A stretch of 64,000 nt of DNA from a virus. The stretch is taken from positions 16,331 through 80,330 of the IMG/VR virus record IMGVR_UViG_3300025695_000006; one strand, 5' to 3'. The translations under genes were made by a program, and so were the position numbers. The notes under the pieces are model-generated. The model saw only the letters and a program-made list of their open reading frames with translations. It was not told where the DNA came from and searched no databases. This document shows positions 1-10,427 of this stretch, piece after piece (positions within the stretch are counted from its first letter, which is position 1; every line of letters starts with the position of its first letter).

Positions 1-3000
1 GTTCTGCTAGATAGTTCTATTGATTTAGGTAAGTAGTTCTCAAAATTGTATTGGTATGGTAAAGAAAATCTATCATCGTAACCAAACTCTTTAGATATAC
101 GATCCATATTCCTTTCGTACTCGACTTCGGTCCACGTATAATCATCAAAGTAATCTGATGATGAGTAACTATTTACTTGTTGTTTAAAGAAGTATAGCCC
201 GTTACCTAGTGATAAATAATCCTCTAATCTTAGTGTTGATCCGCTATTCCAATTTAGTTCAGCAGCTCTTTTGTATAGGTTATCCACTTCGTAGAATTTA
301 AGTTTTTCGGCACCAAAATAACCTAGCGTTTTGTATTCTGTGTAAGGGTCGTAACCAAATATTTCTTCTGACCCAGTGTTTAGTTCCTTTCCGTTTGGTA
401 TAACTTCATATAGCTGGTTTCTACCGTCTTTGGTTTTTCTTACATCATACCCGTATGTTGGTAGTGATAGACCAGCTATTATTACCCCCATTTTAGCAAC
501 TTTATCCTTTACATACTTATTATTCTCTTCTATGTGTTTTGTTAACATAGAGTAGTAATTATTAAACTCATTATTCAAGTAACTTCTAAACGCTATACGA
601 TGGCTATCATCTAGATCCGTATAGAAGTTATTAAAAGTATTTAATGATGGTTCCAAATTTTTGTCCCATATAGCTAAAGTATTTAACGCTATTTTTGTCT
701 TAAACTCTTTAGCGAAATTATCCATTATATCTTTATATATTTTATTGGATATCGTAGTTTCTTTAAAGTATATCCCTCCAGTTTCAGAATATGCATCTGA
801 CCTATTGTTTGTGTAACCATTAGTTAGGTTTCCTGGGTGGAATTTGGTGCTAGAACCGTTGTCACCTAATGCTTCAGAACTTTTTGCTGTAAAATTGTAA
901 GGTAAACCTAAACCATCACCCACCTTAAACATGTATTCTTGTGGGTGTAAATGTAGTTTCAACGCCTCGAATTTATAGACGCCCTTAAAGTAATTATCTT
1001 TTTGTTTGTTGAATAGGTTACCTAATTCAATATACCTTTTGCTCTTCGCTATATTGTTAAATATTTCAGCATAAGTAACCCCGTCATTTAAAGTATCACC
1101 ACTAACCCTATTAATTGAATCTGATGTACTATCTTCTTCTGAAGTACTTGAGCTATAAATAATAGAGTTAATTATATCCTCTTTATTTTCAGATATTTTT
1201 GATTGGTAATTTTTACCGTTTAACATATCTACTAATACTCTGTAAGGTTTACTTTCAGAGGAAATAGGTGATTCCTGTTTAAAATCAACTAAAGAGAAGC
1301 CATCTTCTTTTACGGTTAGTTCTGTCGCAGAGCCTAAAACTAGTGAATTAGTATATTCACCGAATGTTTGGTATAGCTCTGAGAATAGACCATCGTACTT
1401 TATCTCGTACCTTTGCATGTAGTTTCTACCGTACTCTTCTCTAAAAGAGAATTCACCGAAATTAGAGTGATCTATTTCAGTCCAATATTTAGTGTTTGTT
1501 GGGTCAGGATTACTTGGTTCGGTACTATCAACTATTTTTATGTTATTTCTAACGTAGTATTGACCTTGCCATATAACACAAGACTCTTCGTTATAAGAAG
1601 TTACTGAAGGGTCATATGCTTGAGCCCTAATTAAATCATTATAATATGTACCACCAGCTAATTTAGGTAGTAATCTTTTACTTATAACACCTATAGTACC
1701 TACTGGTATTTCTAAGTTTTCAGTAGATGGTGTTATTAATTCAGCTTTTTTAACTATAGGTATTAAATCTAAACTATTTTGAGCGAAGAAATCCTCCTCT
1801 AAATTAATTAAGTCTCTTTCTCTTTGGTCTGTGTTAGCGAATGTTCTTTCATCGTATACATCTGTATTGGCGTAATAGTTGAAAGATAGTGCTGTTTGTA
1901 ATTCATCAACATATCTCCTTAACCCTTGTCCACCTATGTATTTGAAATTAACGCTTACTTTGGCGATCATTGGTTGTACACCTATACCTTCTGGATTTAA
2001 GTCGAATACTAAAGGGTCGTAGCTTATGTTTAAATTGTTTAGTATTATTTTAGTATGGTAGAAATCACCTATTCTTAAGACACAGACTGGTGGTCTACCG
2101 AAACTAGTGTTTTTAGCGTCACAACTGTAGTTACCTTTAGGTTTTTGTATAGTTTCTCCTGGCCTCATACATTGTTGTAAGAACGTTAACCTAGCATTTA
2201 ACCCTTCTGGTGTCATAGAGTGAAATGCTGGTGTGAAGTATTTTAATTTTTGTTTTAAACTATCGTATACAATAGGCGCTTCTTCTGATAAGAATTCGAA
2301 ATAATCACATTCCGTTAATAGTTTACCTAATATTCTTTGAGCTATTTCTCTTTTAGTTACGTTAGTTTGTACATTTTTAGCCTCAGTAACCAGTGGTGGT
2401 TTTTCTTTTGAGGGTAGAGTTCTTTCTATTTTAATATTTCGTTTTCGTAACTCAGTACTGATACCCACTCTTCTACAAAAAGATGCTTGTGGTGATAAAT
2501 TACCACATATAAGGTCAGCTTCTGTAAGTGGTACCCTTATTTGTTTACCGTTAGCACCGTTTTTTATATTAAGTAAAGTACCAATAAATTGCTTATCTAT
2601 AGTTACACCTTCTACTTTAAACCCACCCTCTGTTATTTTGTCATAGTCATCATAGGTACCAACCATATAATAAGTGTCGTTAGAACCGTAAGCAACTTTG
2701 TAGTATGGTACGCCGTTGTATGTGCTTGGTTTACCGAAATTAGAGATAAATTCTTCACCTGTAAATACGTCTTCCGCGGTTAAACCTAAACCTGAATTAC
2801 TTGTGTCTAGGAAGAAAATTATTTCTTGTTTTGATACTAATTGGTTTGTGTCTTGCCTGTATATTATAACGTAGTTAGTACTTTCTATTTCGGTAAATAA
2901 ACTATCTACATTAGATTTGGTTATTTTCACCCCTTCGCTATTACTACATATTATTCTTTCGTTACTTAACACGTCTGTTATAAACCATTTTATTACAGAA

Positions 3001-6000
3001 ACGAATCTTCTAGAAGCTAATTTATCGTTATAATCCTTTATTTTAGTTATTGATTGACCTGGTGCTGAAGGTGATGCGTGAGCTACTACATTTATTTGCA
3101 TGTTATAATCTTTAACATTATCAAATGATTCTGCTGCTAGGTTAGAGTTTTCACTTTTTATCGACTCATATTGTTCTTGATAACCGTAAGATATCTTTCT
3201 GTATGTCTCTCTATCTTTTTCGAAAAAATATTTTGATCCTTCTATCGCTTTTAAACCTATAGTTTGGTCGTATCTAACCCAATTTTCTTCTTTTGCGATT
3301 ACTTGTGATCCACCCGCTTTAGCTCTTTCGTACCTATGATTTTGTTGGTAGATAGGGTCTGTAGTATCTTTCATTTTAGCTAAACCACTATACACTTCGA
3401 AATACTCGTCATAACCTTTAACCTCGAAAGTTTCCTCCTTATATTTTCTTAAAGGTATGTCATTTTCAAAGAAAAGGTTATATTTAGGTACTATAGGGGT
3501 TTCAACTTCTGTACCTTCTATGTCTACTGCGGTGCTTTGGAATGAACCACTACTTTCAACTGATTTCCTTATTTTATCATTAGGTAACCTAACGTCTAGG
3601 TCACTAATAACTTTCTTAAAGTATTCTATGTCAGAGTCTGTGAACACACCCCATATTCTGGCTAATTCAAATATATCGTACTCCAAACAACCAGCCCAAA
3701 AAGCTGCTAATAATTCGTCTACCTCTCCATCTGTTATAGAAGCAAATTCTTTTGATACTAATAGGTTTAGTATTGATGGGTGATCGACAACAATATCCCA
3801 TGATAACGTACCACTTCTTTCGGTGTTATTGTATGTATATATTGGTTCTGGTCTACCTAAGAACTGGTGTGATGTCCAGTTTGTATTAGTATCATCCGTA
3901 AAACGCATATTGTAAGGTGGGAACCACATTATTCTACCTCCGTTTGAACCTTTTTCGCATGGTGGTAAGTCTGTGAATGGTTGTGAGTCTCGCCAAGCTA
4001 AATTCTCTAAAGAAAACATGTATTTTCTGGCTCTCTTTTCCCCAAATCCTTCTACTACAGCATCACCTAATCCATCACCTAGTCTACCGTAACCTTCATT
4101 TACGTTTAGTGCTGAAGGGTGTATGTTTAGGTTACCATATCTATCCAGTACTGAATTCCTTTCTTTTCTATTCAATTCTTTCCATCTGATTAGGTCGGTT
4201 ACTTTTGAAAATGGTTTTGCTTTCGTCCATGTTCTACATAACTCAACTTCATCGTATAGTTTTTTATCAACCCTGTTACCAGCAGCGTCTAACCCTGGTA
4301 CTAAATAGTCGTAACCTATAACCTCTTCATTTTTATTGAGTCTAGGTGTCTTAAATGGTGATATAACACCACTACCTTTTGCCGAGAAATTATACCCGTC
4401 ATAAAACTTCGTTTTAGTTTGGTCTATGGATCTTGAAACAACGTTTACATCACTGTTGTTTAGTAGCTCTTGGGTTTTAGCCATTATAGAGGATCCTCTG
4501 AATTGTTTAAATTTTGATAAATTTTCGTTTTCTAAACTTTCATCCCAGTTAAAATCTTGACTACCCGCACCGCTAGATCCGCCATCAAAGAATCCACCTA
4601 GTGTAGGGTCCCAATATTTTTCTCTTGTTGTACCTCTCCATATAAAAGAGGTTTGTTTTGACCCGTATTTAGAGACGTCTTCAACGCCTGGTTCTGAATA
4701 AAAACCTACAGTACCATTTTTAGTTGTTATTTCTGTGGTTAATCTGGCCGCACTTGTTACTTGGTTACCGTTAGTGTCTGTAAGTAACTTAAAAATCTTT
4801 TCAGTAGCCGTACCCATATAGGTTTGGTCATTTGAGGGGTCGTAATCATTACTTTTTCTTAATCTGTTGTATGTTAGTTTACCGCTACCTACAGATAGTT
4901 CAGGTATGTAGTCTGGGCTGTACTTGTTTAAAGTTAGGTTAGAGAAAGTCATGAACCTTTGTCCTAAACCAGTACTCCTTAACCTTTCTTCATCTCTAGA
5001 GTCTAGTTTATTATCTGAATCATAATCGCTTTGTCCTGTCGGTAATAATAAAACTGAATCATCTGAGAAGAAAGCTGAAGCTAATCCCCCTAGACCACTA
5101 ACGTCTGAAACGAAACTAGCTAGTTTACCTAAACCACCTTTAAATGTTGTTATGTCGGAATTACCTCTTTCTAATATAGATGAAGGGTTTTTTAACGCTT
5201 CGGCTATTTTTAATGGGTTTGTTAACATTTCGTCGAATGTTACTAACCCTAATGCTTCGGCAGCTAATTTAGATGCTAATCTAGCTTCTAAATGGAATTT
5301 TAATTCAATAGCACCTATCTGTGCTAGTAATGTATCATTTTTTAAACCTGGTTCTGTTAATAGATTTGCGATATTTAGATCTTCTCCTAATAAAGCACTT
5401 AAAGGTGTTGATGCGGTTGGTGTATTTAAAAAATCACCTAATACTAATTCTGTTGGGTCCGCATTATTTAATTTGTCCTCCGTTAAATAAGGGTTTTGAG
5501 GTGTGTTTGGTGATTGATTTAAAATTAAGTCAGCTAATATATCGTACACAACCGTAGATTCTGGTTGATATAGGTTTTTAGCGTTAGCATTTATGTATTG
5601 TAGTTGTAAAGGGGTTAATTCGTTTTGGTTTTGTACTATGTAGTTGTTAACTATAGTGTCTGCACCTACAGGTATAGTACCTGGGTTGGATAATGTATAT
5701 GAATCAGTAGCATCGTTAGGGTCTTTAACCATATTTAAACCTAATAAACTTATTCTTAATGGAGCTGCGTCAGTTTGAACGTCTCCAGGGTTTAAGTTAG
5801 TGAATGTGTTAATGGTTGTGTTTGTACCTCTACCCGCTAAATACTGAGCTGTTAATGTAGCATTAGCTGTTAATGTACCTATACCAGTAGTTATATCTGT
5901 TGGGGTTGCCAAAGACATATTTAAGTTCATGGTTCTTGGGATTACAGCTTCTGTATCTACATCTCCAGGGTTTATTACATTAAAATCGTTAACTACTGTC

Positions 6001-7559
6001 GGTGTACCTCTACCAGCTAAATATTGTGCTGCAAATGTACCACTAAGGTTTAATACACCACTTGTTATATCTAAAGGTGTGTTTAAACTCTTATTTAAAT
6101 TTAATGTTCTAGGTGTTAACGCGTCTGTTAATACATTACCTGGGTTAGCGTTTAGGTAGTCATTAATTACGGTATCTAAACCTCTACCAGCTAAATATTG
6201 TGCTGCTAAAGAACCGCTTAAACTAGTAACGCCAGCCGTTATATCCAATGGAGTGTTTAATGTTCTATTGAAATTGGCTGTTCTTGGTGATAATGAGTCT
6301 GTAACCACATCACCAGGGTTTGTGTTTATATAGTCGTTTATAACACTAAATGCGCCTCTACCTGATAAGTACTGAGCCGCAAAAGCACCACTTAATGTCC
6401 CTACTCCGCTTGATATGTCCGATGGTGTGTTTAAGGCTCTGGCAAAGTTCATTGCTCTTGGAGTAACCGCATCGGTTAATACGTCACCAGGGTTTGTATT
6501 TGGTACCGTGTTTATAGGGGCGATAGTTCCTCTGCCAGCTAAATATTGTGCTGCTAAAGACCCACTTAACGTCCCTACCCCACTGGTTATATCTGATGGT
6601 GTATTTAATGTTTGTGCAAAATTTAATGTTCTAGGTGATATAGCGTCTGTTAAAACGTCTCCAGGATTATTAACTATAAAGTCATTTATAACACTAAACG
6701 AACCTCTTCCAGATAGATACTGAGAGGCTATAGCTGAAGTTGGTGATAAGTCGTTAACCCCAGCTGTTATATCTGATGGGGTGTTTAAGTTTCTAGCTAA
6801 ATCTAAATTTCTGGGTGATACCGCATCGGTTAATACATCACCAGGGTTTAAAACATTAAAGTCGTTTATAATACTAAATGAACCTCTTCCAGATAAATAT
6901 TGTGACGCTAATGTTGTATTTGGTGATAAATTATTTACACCAGAAGTTATATCCGATGGTGTGTTTAGGTTTTTAGCTAAATCTAAATTTCTAGGTGATA
7001 CTGCATCAGTTAATACATCCCCAGGGTTTACGACATTAAAATCATTTATGACGCTAAACGCACCTCTTCCAGATAGATATTGTGATGCTAATGTTGTATT
7101 TGGTGATAAATTATTTACACCAGAAGTTATATCCGATGGTGTGTTTAGGTTTTTACCTATGTCTGTAGTTCTAGGTGATACCGCATCGGTTAATACATCA
7201 CCAGGGTTTAAGTTAGTAAAATCATTTATAATCGTTAATTCACCTTTGCTATTTAACATATTAGCGGTGTACTGTTGGTTACTATTTAAATCATCTAAAC
7301 CAGTTGTTATATCATTAGGTGTATTAAGTGTCCTACTTAAGTTAGATTTTCTGGCGGATATACCGTCAGTGTCTACGTCACCTGGATTTAATACTTTATA
7401 ATCGTTTATAAGTGCATATTGACCTAAGGAGCTTAGGTATGCGTTAACCGTTACTGAATTTGTTAGGTTCGCTAAACCAGTTACAACATCAGGTGTTGAT
7501 TTTAAATTAAACTTTAGAATTTCATCTCTGAATTCTGCTGAAGTGTTTTTAAGACCCAT
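1..7559 (-). CDS. Giant (>2519 aa, 3'-truncated by window edge) baseplate hub / tail-tube-initiator-like structural protein with N-terminal tandem repeats and an internal OmpA-like domain
   Basis: ATG at 7559-7557 (MGLKNTSAEFRDEILK...). Spot translations stay in one open frame, and no minus-strand ORF is listed in 1-7559, consistent with no stop in the window. Tube-initiator-like motifs GRIMWFPPYNMRF..NWTSHQFLGRPEPIYTY (~3950-3830) and GRPPVCVLRIGDFYHTKII (~2100-2045); OmpA-like INVVAHAS..DYNDKLASRRF (~3100-3003). Lies directly downstream of the tape-measure genes. Confidence 0.8.
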   Translation of the reverse strand, partial: MGLKNTSAEFRDEILKFNLKSTPDVVTGLANLTNSVTVNAYLSSLGQYALINDYKVLNPGDVDTDGISARKSNLSRTLNTPNDITTGLDDLNSNQQYTANMLNSKGELTIINDFTNLNPGDVLTDAVSPRTTDIGKNLNTPSDITSGVNNLSPNTTLASQYLSGRGAFSVINDFNVVNPGDVLTDAVSPRNLDLAKNLNTPSDITSGVNNLSPNTTLASQYLSGRGSFSIINDFNVLNPGDVLTDAVSPRNLDLARNLNTPSDITAGVNDLSPTSAIASQYLSGRGSFSVINDFIVNNPGDVLTDAISPRTLNFAQTLNTPSDITSGVGTLSGSLAAQYLAGRGTIAPINTVPNTNPGDVLTDAVTPRAMNFARALNTPSDISSGVGTLSGAFAAQYLSGRGAFSVINDYINTNPGDVVTDSLSPRTANFNRTLNTPLDITAGVTSLSGSLAAQYLAGRGLDTVINDYLNANPGNVLTDALTPRTLNLNKSLNTPLDITSGVLNLSGTFAAQYLAGRGTPTVVNDFNVINPGDVDTEAVIPRTMNLNMSLATPTDITTGIGTLTANATLTAQYLAGRGTNTTINTFTNLNPGDVQTDAAPLRISLLGLNMVKDPNDATDSYTLSNPGTIPVGADTIVNNYIVQNQNELTPLQLQYINANAKNLYQPESTVVYDILADLILNQSPNTPQNPYLTEDKLNNADPTELVLGDFLNTPTASTPLSALLGEDLNIANLLTEPGLKNDTLLAQIGAIELKFHLEARLASKLAAEALGLVTFDEMLTNPLKIAEALKNPSSILERGNSDITTFKGGLGKLASFVSDVSGLGGLASAFFSDDSVLLLPTGQSDYDSDNKLDSRDEERLRSTGLGQRFMTFSNLTLNKYSPDYIPELSVGSGKLTYNRLRKSNDYDPSNDQTYMGTATEKIFKLLTDTNGNQVTSAARLTTEITTKNGTVGFYSEPGVEDVSKYGSKQTSFIWRGTTREKYWDPTLGGFFDGGSSGAGSQDFNWDESLENENLSKFKQFRGSSIMAKTQELLNNSDVNVVSRSIDQTKTKFYDGYNFSAKGSGVISPFKTPRLNKNEEVIGYDYLVPGLDAAGNRVDKKLYDEVELCRTWTKAKPFSKVTDLIRWKELNRKERNSVLDRYGNLNIHPSALNVNEGYGRLGDGLGDAVVEGFGEKRARKYMFSLENLAWRDSQPFTDLPPCEKGSNGGRIMWFPPYNMRFTDDTNTNWTSHQFLGRPEPIYTYNNTERSGTLSWDIVVDHPSILNLLVSKEFASITDGEVDELLAAFWAGCLEYDIFELARIWGVFTDSDIEYFKKVISDLDVRLPNDKIRKSVESSGSFQSTAVDIEGTEVETPIVPKYNLFFENDIPLRKYKEETFEVKGYDEYFEVYSGLAKMKDTTDPIYQQNHRYERAKAGGSQVIAKEENWVRYDQTIGLKAIEGSKYFFEKDRETYRKISYGYQEQYESIKSENSNLAAESFDNVKDYNMQINVVAHASPSAPGQSITKIKDYNDKLASRRFVSVIKWFITDVLSNERIICSNSEGVKITKSNVDSLFTEIESTNYVIIYRQDTNQLVSKQEIIFFLDTSNSGLGLTAEDVFTGEEFISNFGKPSTYNGVPYYKVAYGSNDTYYMVGTYDDYDKITEGGFKVEGVTIDKQFIGTLLNIKNGANGKQIRVPLTEADLICGNLSPQASFCRRVGISTELRKRNIKIERTLPSKEKPPLVTEAKNVQTNVTKREIAQRILGKLLTECDYFEFLSEEAPIVYDSLKQKLKYFTPAFHSMTPEGLNARLTFLQQCMRPGETIQKPKGNYSCDAKNTSFGRPPVCVLRIGDFYHTKIILNNLNISYDPLVFDLNPEGIGVQPMIAKVSVNFKYIGGQGLRRYVDELQTALSFNYYANTDVYDERTFANTDQRERDLINLEEDFFAQNSLDLIPIVKKAELITPSTENLEIPVGTIGVISKRLLPKLAGGTYYNDLIRAQAYDPSVTSYNEESCVIWQGQYYVRNNIKIVDSTEPSNPDPTNTKYWTEIDHSNFGEFSFREEYGRNYMQRYEIKYDGLFSELYQTFGEYTNSLVLGSATELTVKEDGFSLVDFKQESPISSESKPYRVLVDMLNGKNYQSKISENKEDIINSIIYSSSTSEEDSTSDSINRVSGDTLNDGVTYAEIFNNIAKSKRYIELGNLFNKQKDNYFKGVYKFEALKLHLHPQEYMFKVGDGLGLPYNFTAKSSEALGDNGSSTKFHPGNLTNGYTNNRSDAYSETGGIYFKETTISNKIYKDIMDNFAKEFKTKIALNTLAIWDKNLEPSLNTFNNFYTDLDDSHRIAFRSYLNNEFNNYYSMLTKHIEENNKYVKDKVAKMGVIIAGLSLPTYGYDVRKTKDGRNQLYEVIPNGKELNTGSEEIFGYDPYTEYKTLGYFGAEKLKFYEVDNLYKRAAELNWNSGSTLRLEDYLSLGNGLYFFKQQVNSYSSSDYFDDYTWTEVEYERNMDRISKEFGYDDRFSLPYQYNFENYLPKSIELSSR
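5760..7530 (-). repeat. Ten tandem coding repeats of 174/180 nt (58/60 aa), consensus NPGDVLTDA.SPR..N....LNTP.DIT.GV..LS....A.QYL.GRG....IND
   Basis: NPG anchors at 7381, 7201, 7021, 6841, 6661, 6487, 6313, 6139, 5965 and 5785 (spacings 180x4, 174x4, 180). Units 6841-7020 and 7021-7200 are nearly identical at DNA level. Confidence 0.95.
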
Positions 7560-7599
7560 ATCTTATTTATATCTTTAATTGTCTTTAATTCTAATAACT

Positions 7600-10365
7600 T
7601 TATATGTCGTTAATTGGTGCTACACCAAAATCAACTACATAATTAGCACTACCAAATTCGGTTTTGGCCATTGTAGCCTCTATATATTTACCGAACATTT
7701 GTGGATCAGCGTCATAAAGTTGTTTAGCTGTTATATTTTTAATTCCGTTTGGTGTATCATGTTCTATTGTACCTGATACGTTTACGGTCATTGTTGACGT
7801 ACTGTTATTATTAGATGAATAGGTGTTTCTTGCCGCCATTTCGTCTATAAAAGCTACCGCATCGCCTGGGGAACCTTTTATTAACCTACCGTTTGAGTAG
7901 ACCATAGCATCCTTTACGGGTTCTTCAGGTATGTGTCGGAGGTCCGATAAAGATTCTGCGTTATAACCCTCTTTCGTTCTAAGTTTATCTCTTAGTTCCA
8001 TCTCGTATGAGTTGTTATCTGCGTTAGTTGAAACAAGCCCTGTTATGGCATCGGTCATTTGTGCCCCAGATAATTGTAGTGATATCCTAGCTTGTCTTTG
8101 CCAATCTTCGGTATCCGCACCTACTAAATAACCTACCCCAGACATAAGACTGTAAGCTGTACCTTCGAGCATATTTAAAACCCCAGAAGCAGTTCTTGTA
8201 AAAAAATTATTACTGCTTTCAGATTGACTTAAGCTTTTTGCTGCCTGGTCCATTAGTTTGTTGGCCGATTCTCTACCACCAGCCATTGCTACAGTTCCCT
8301 TTACTACGTTACCGTCGGAATCTCTGAACGATTGACCTATTAATTGTTGACCAGCGCTGTTTAGGGAATCACCAACTAAAGGTAGGTCTTTTAATGAGGT
8401 AAATATGTTTCCGAAGATGTATTGTACGTATGGTAGTATCGTGTTAGCCATGAACTTAATCATACTTTGCATCACATTTTGTATTTTTGTGAAGAACGGA
8501 CCTTCTCCATCCATCATTTTTTTTGAGCTGTCTAAGAATTCATTAAAATCATTTAGGAAGAAATTTAAACCTGTGGATAAAACACCTCCTGGTGCAAAAG
8601 CTGAATCTATAAAGGGTATCATCTGGTCAGATATTGCTGAACCTAAATCCTCTATCTTCTTTAAAGTACCTTCGTCTTCTAAGAATCTAGTTAAATTTGT
8701 GAATAATGGTGTTAATCCTATGGCGAATCTATCTAAAACAATAGCAAACCTTTGACTTAAATTTAATCTTTCTTGGGCGGCATTTTCGTTTGCTCTTCTA
8801 GCTGATAATATATTTTGTAATTGATCTTCGTTAGTTATACTGCTAACTAATTTACTAACACCGTTAGGCATTTTTATTTCATATTTCCCACCCTTGTTCA
8901 TTGTTATTAGGTTGGATAATGATTGTTTATCATCTTCACTAAAATTTATTAGTGAACCAGATGATTCACTTAAACTCATTAATTTGTCAGATGTTTTAGC
9001 CTGTTCTATAACAGCATTAGCTATTTGATCAAAATTTTGACCTAGAGCTTCAGCCTGCTCTTTTAATATCTGACGTTGGGCTGGTGGTATGATGAATTGA
9101 TTGTTTTTGTTCTTAACAGCTAAGTTTCTTGCACTATCTATTAATTTTTCAGCCATACCATCGGCATTGTTCATTGAGTCGTACATTAACGAGGCTGGGT
9201 CTCCAAATTGTTGGGCCATCTCACCACCTAATACTTGTATTTTTGCAGCCGCCTCAACAGCCTTTTCTGGACTGAAGAATGCGTCTTTAAACGATTTAAT
9301 TGATTCGGCTAGATTAAACCTTAAAGATTGTGATTTTGCTGCTAATTTAGTTAAATCCTCAACACTTCTACCAAAAGCACTACCAGTTAGATTTTTAACT
9401 ACGTCTGTAGTTGTTTTTAATAACTTAGTTTGGTTTATATTAAACTTAGCTGCTACATTCCTGCCTTTATCAGCCGTTTTCATTGTAGTTTTCATTGAAT
9501 AACCTAAGTTATCAAATTCACTAACCATTTCAGTAACACCTTTAACACCTAAGCCAGTACTGTACCCTAGTTTAACTATGTCTTCTATCTCACTATTACT
9601 AAATAAACGATTTTTACCAGTGTTATTACTGAACTCGTTTATGATGTTTGCTATGTCCTCTATTTTACCTCCGTAACCAGCTATATCGTTGTATAGTTGG
9701 GGCATGTTATTCATTAAACCCCTATACTCTTTGTTGGTTAACCCTATATCAGCAGAGAGGCCTCCAACGGCTGACTGCATGTTTAAGAACATTTTCCAGG
9801 CTTTCTCTATAGGGAATATGGTTTTAAATATAGCGGTACCTATTGATAGCGCCATTTTAAATATACCACTTAATGGACTTAATAGGTTTCCAGCTATATT
9901 ACCTATATTACTAACACCAGCCATAACACCACCTAGTTTACTACTAGCTTTCTTGGCCATTTTGTAATTAACGTCAGCTATTTCTTTTTCTACTTTAGCT
10001 TGTTTAATTTTATTAGATAGGTGTATTTTCTGTTCTTTAGATAGTTCTTTAGATAACTTTTTTTCAATATCACCCATTCTTTTGATGGCTTTATCTTGTT
10101 TAGCTAGATCTTTCTTAACCTTTTTTAGATTATTAGCATCATCTATTTTACCTTTAGCCCATCTTTTAATATTTTTACCTATAGTTTCAGATTTTAAATC
10201 CCATTTAAACGATTCCTCTTTTTTAGAAATAATAGCTTCATGCATGTTTAACATGCGGTTCATTTGCTCTTCTTGTTTAGCTCCGTCTATTATACCCTCT
10301 TTCCTAGCCTCGTTTAGAGCCTTTGAAGCGTTGAGTATGTCTTTCATGAAATCACCTTGTGCCAT
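7600..10365 (-). CDS. Tail tape measure protein (paralog 2)
   Basis: 921 aa, helical and A/G/L/K-rich with amphipathic hydrophobic segments; downstream of the tube/chaperone genes. Confidence 0.75.
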   Translation of the reverse strand: MAQGDFMKDILNASKALNEARKEGIIDGAKQEEQMNRMLNMHEAIISKKEESFKWDLKSETIGKNIKRWAKGKIDDANNLKKVKKDLAKQDKAIKRMGDIEKKLSKELSKEQKIHLSNKIKQAKVEKEIADVNYKMAKKASSKLGGVMAGVSNIGNIAGNLLSPLSGIFKMALSIGTAIFKTIFPIEKAWKMFLNMQSAVGGLSADIGLTNKEYRGLMNNMPQLYNDIAGYGGKIEDIANIINEFSNNTGKNRLFSNSEIEDIVKLGYSTGLGVKGVTEMVSEFDNLGYSMKTTMKTADKGRNVAAKFNINQTKLLKTTTDVVKNLTGSAFGRSVEDLTKLAAKSQSLRFNLAESIKSFKDAFFSPEKAVEAAAKIQVLGGEMAQQFGDPASLMYDSMNNADGMAEKLIDSARNLAVKNKNNQFIIPPAQRQILKEQAEALGQNFDQIANAVIEQAKTSDKLMSLSESSGSLINFSEDDKQSLSNLITMNKGGKYEIKMPNGVSKLVSSITNEDQLQNILSARRANENAAQERLNLSQRFAIVLDRFAIGLTPLFTNLTRFLEDEGTLKKIEDLGSAISDQMIPFIDSAFAPGGVLSTGLNFFLNDFNEFLDSSKKMMDGEGPFFTKIQNVMQSMIKFMANTILPYVQYIFGNIFTSLKDLPLVGDSLNSAGQQLIGQSFRDSDGNVVKGTVAMAGGRESANKLMDQAAKSLSQSESSNNFFTRTASGVLNMLEGTAYSLMSGVGYLVGADTEDWQRQARISLQLSGAQMTDAITGLVSTNADNNSYEMELRDKLRTKEGYNAESLSDLRHIPEEPVKDAMVYSNGRLIKGSPGDAVAFIDEMAARNTYSSNNNSTSTMTVNVSGTIEHDTPNGIKNITAKQLYDADPQMFGKYIEATMAKTEFGSANYVVDFGVAPINDI

Positions 10366-10427
10366 ATATTAAATTTAGTGTATATCTCTTAAGTATAAAT
10401 ACAAAAGAAATTGTTTTATAGTTATCA

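Noticed and set aside
6841-7200. DGR template/variable repeat pair
   Set aside because: Adjacent in-frame members of a 10-unit coding array; differences are not adenine-specific and no reverse transcriptase is present.
1413-7776. Plus-strand ORFs in the track over the first 7.8 kb, and other short antisense ORFs throughout the window
   Set aside because: They are shadows of long opposite-strand genes; the repeats in 5929-7401 and 51828-52139 just mirror the real coding repeats.
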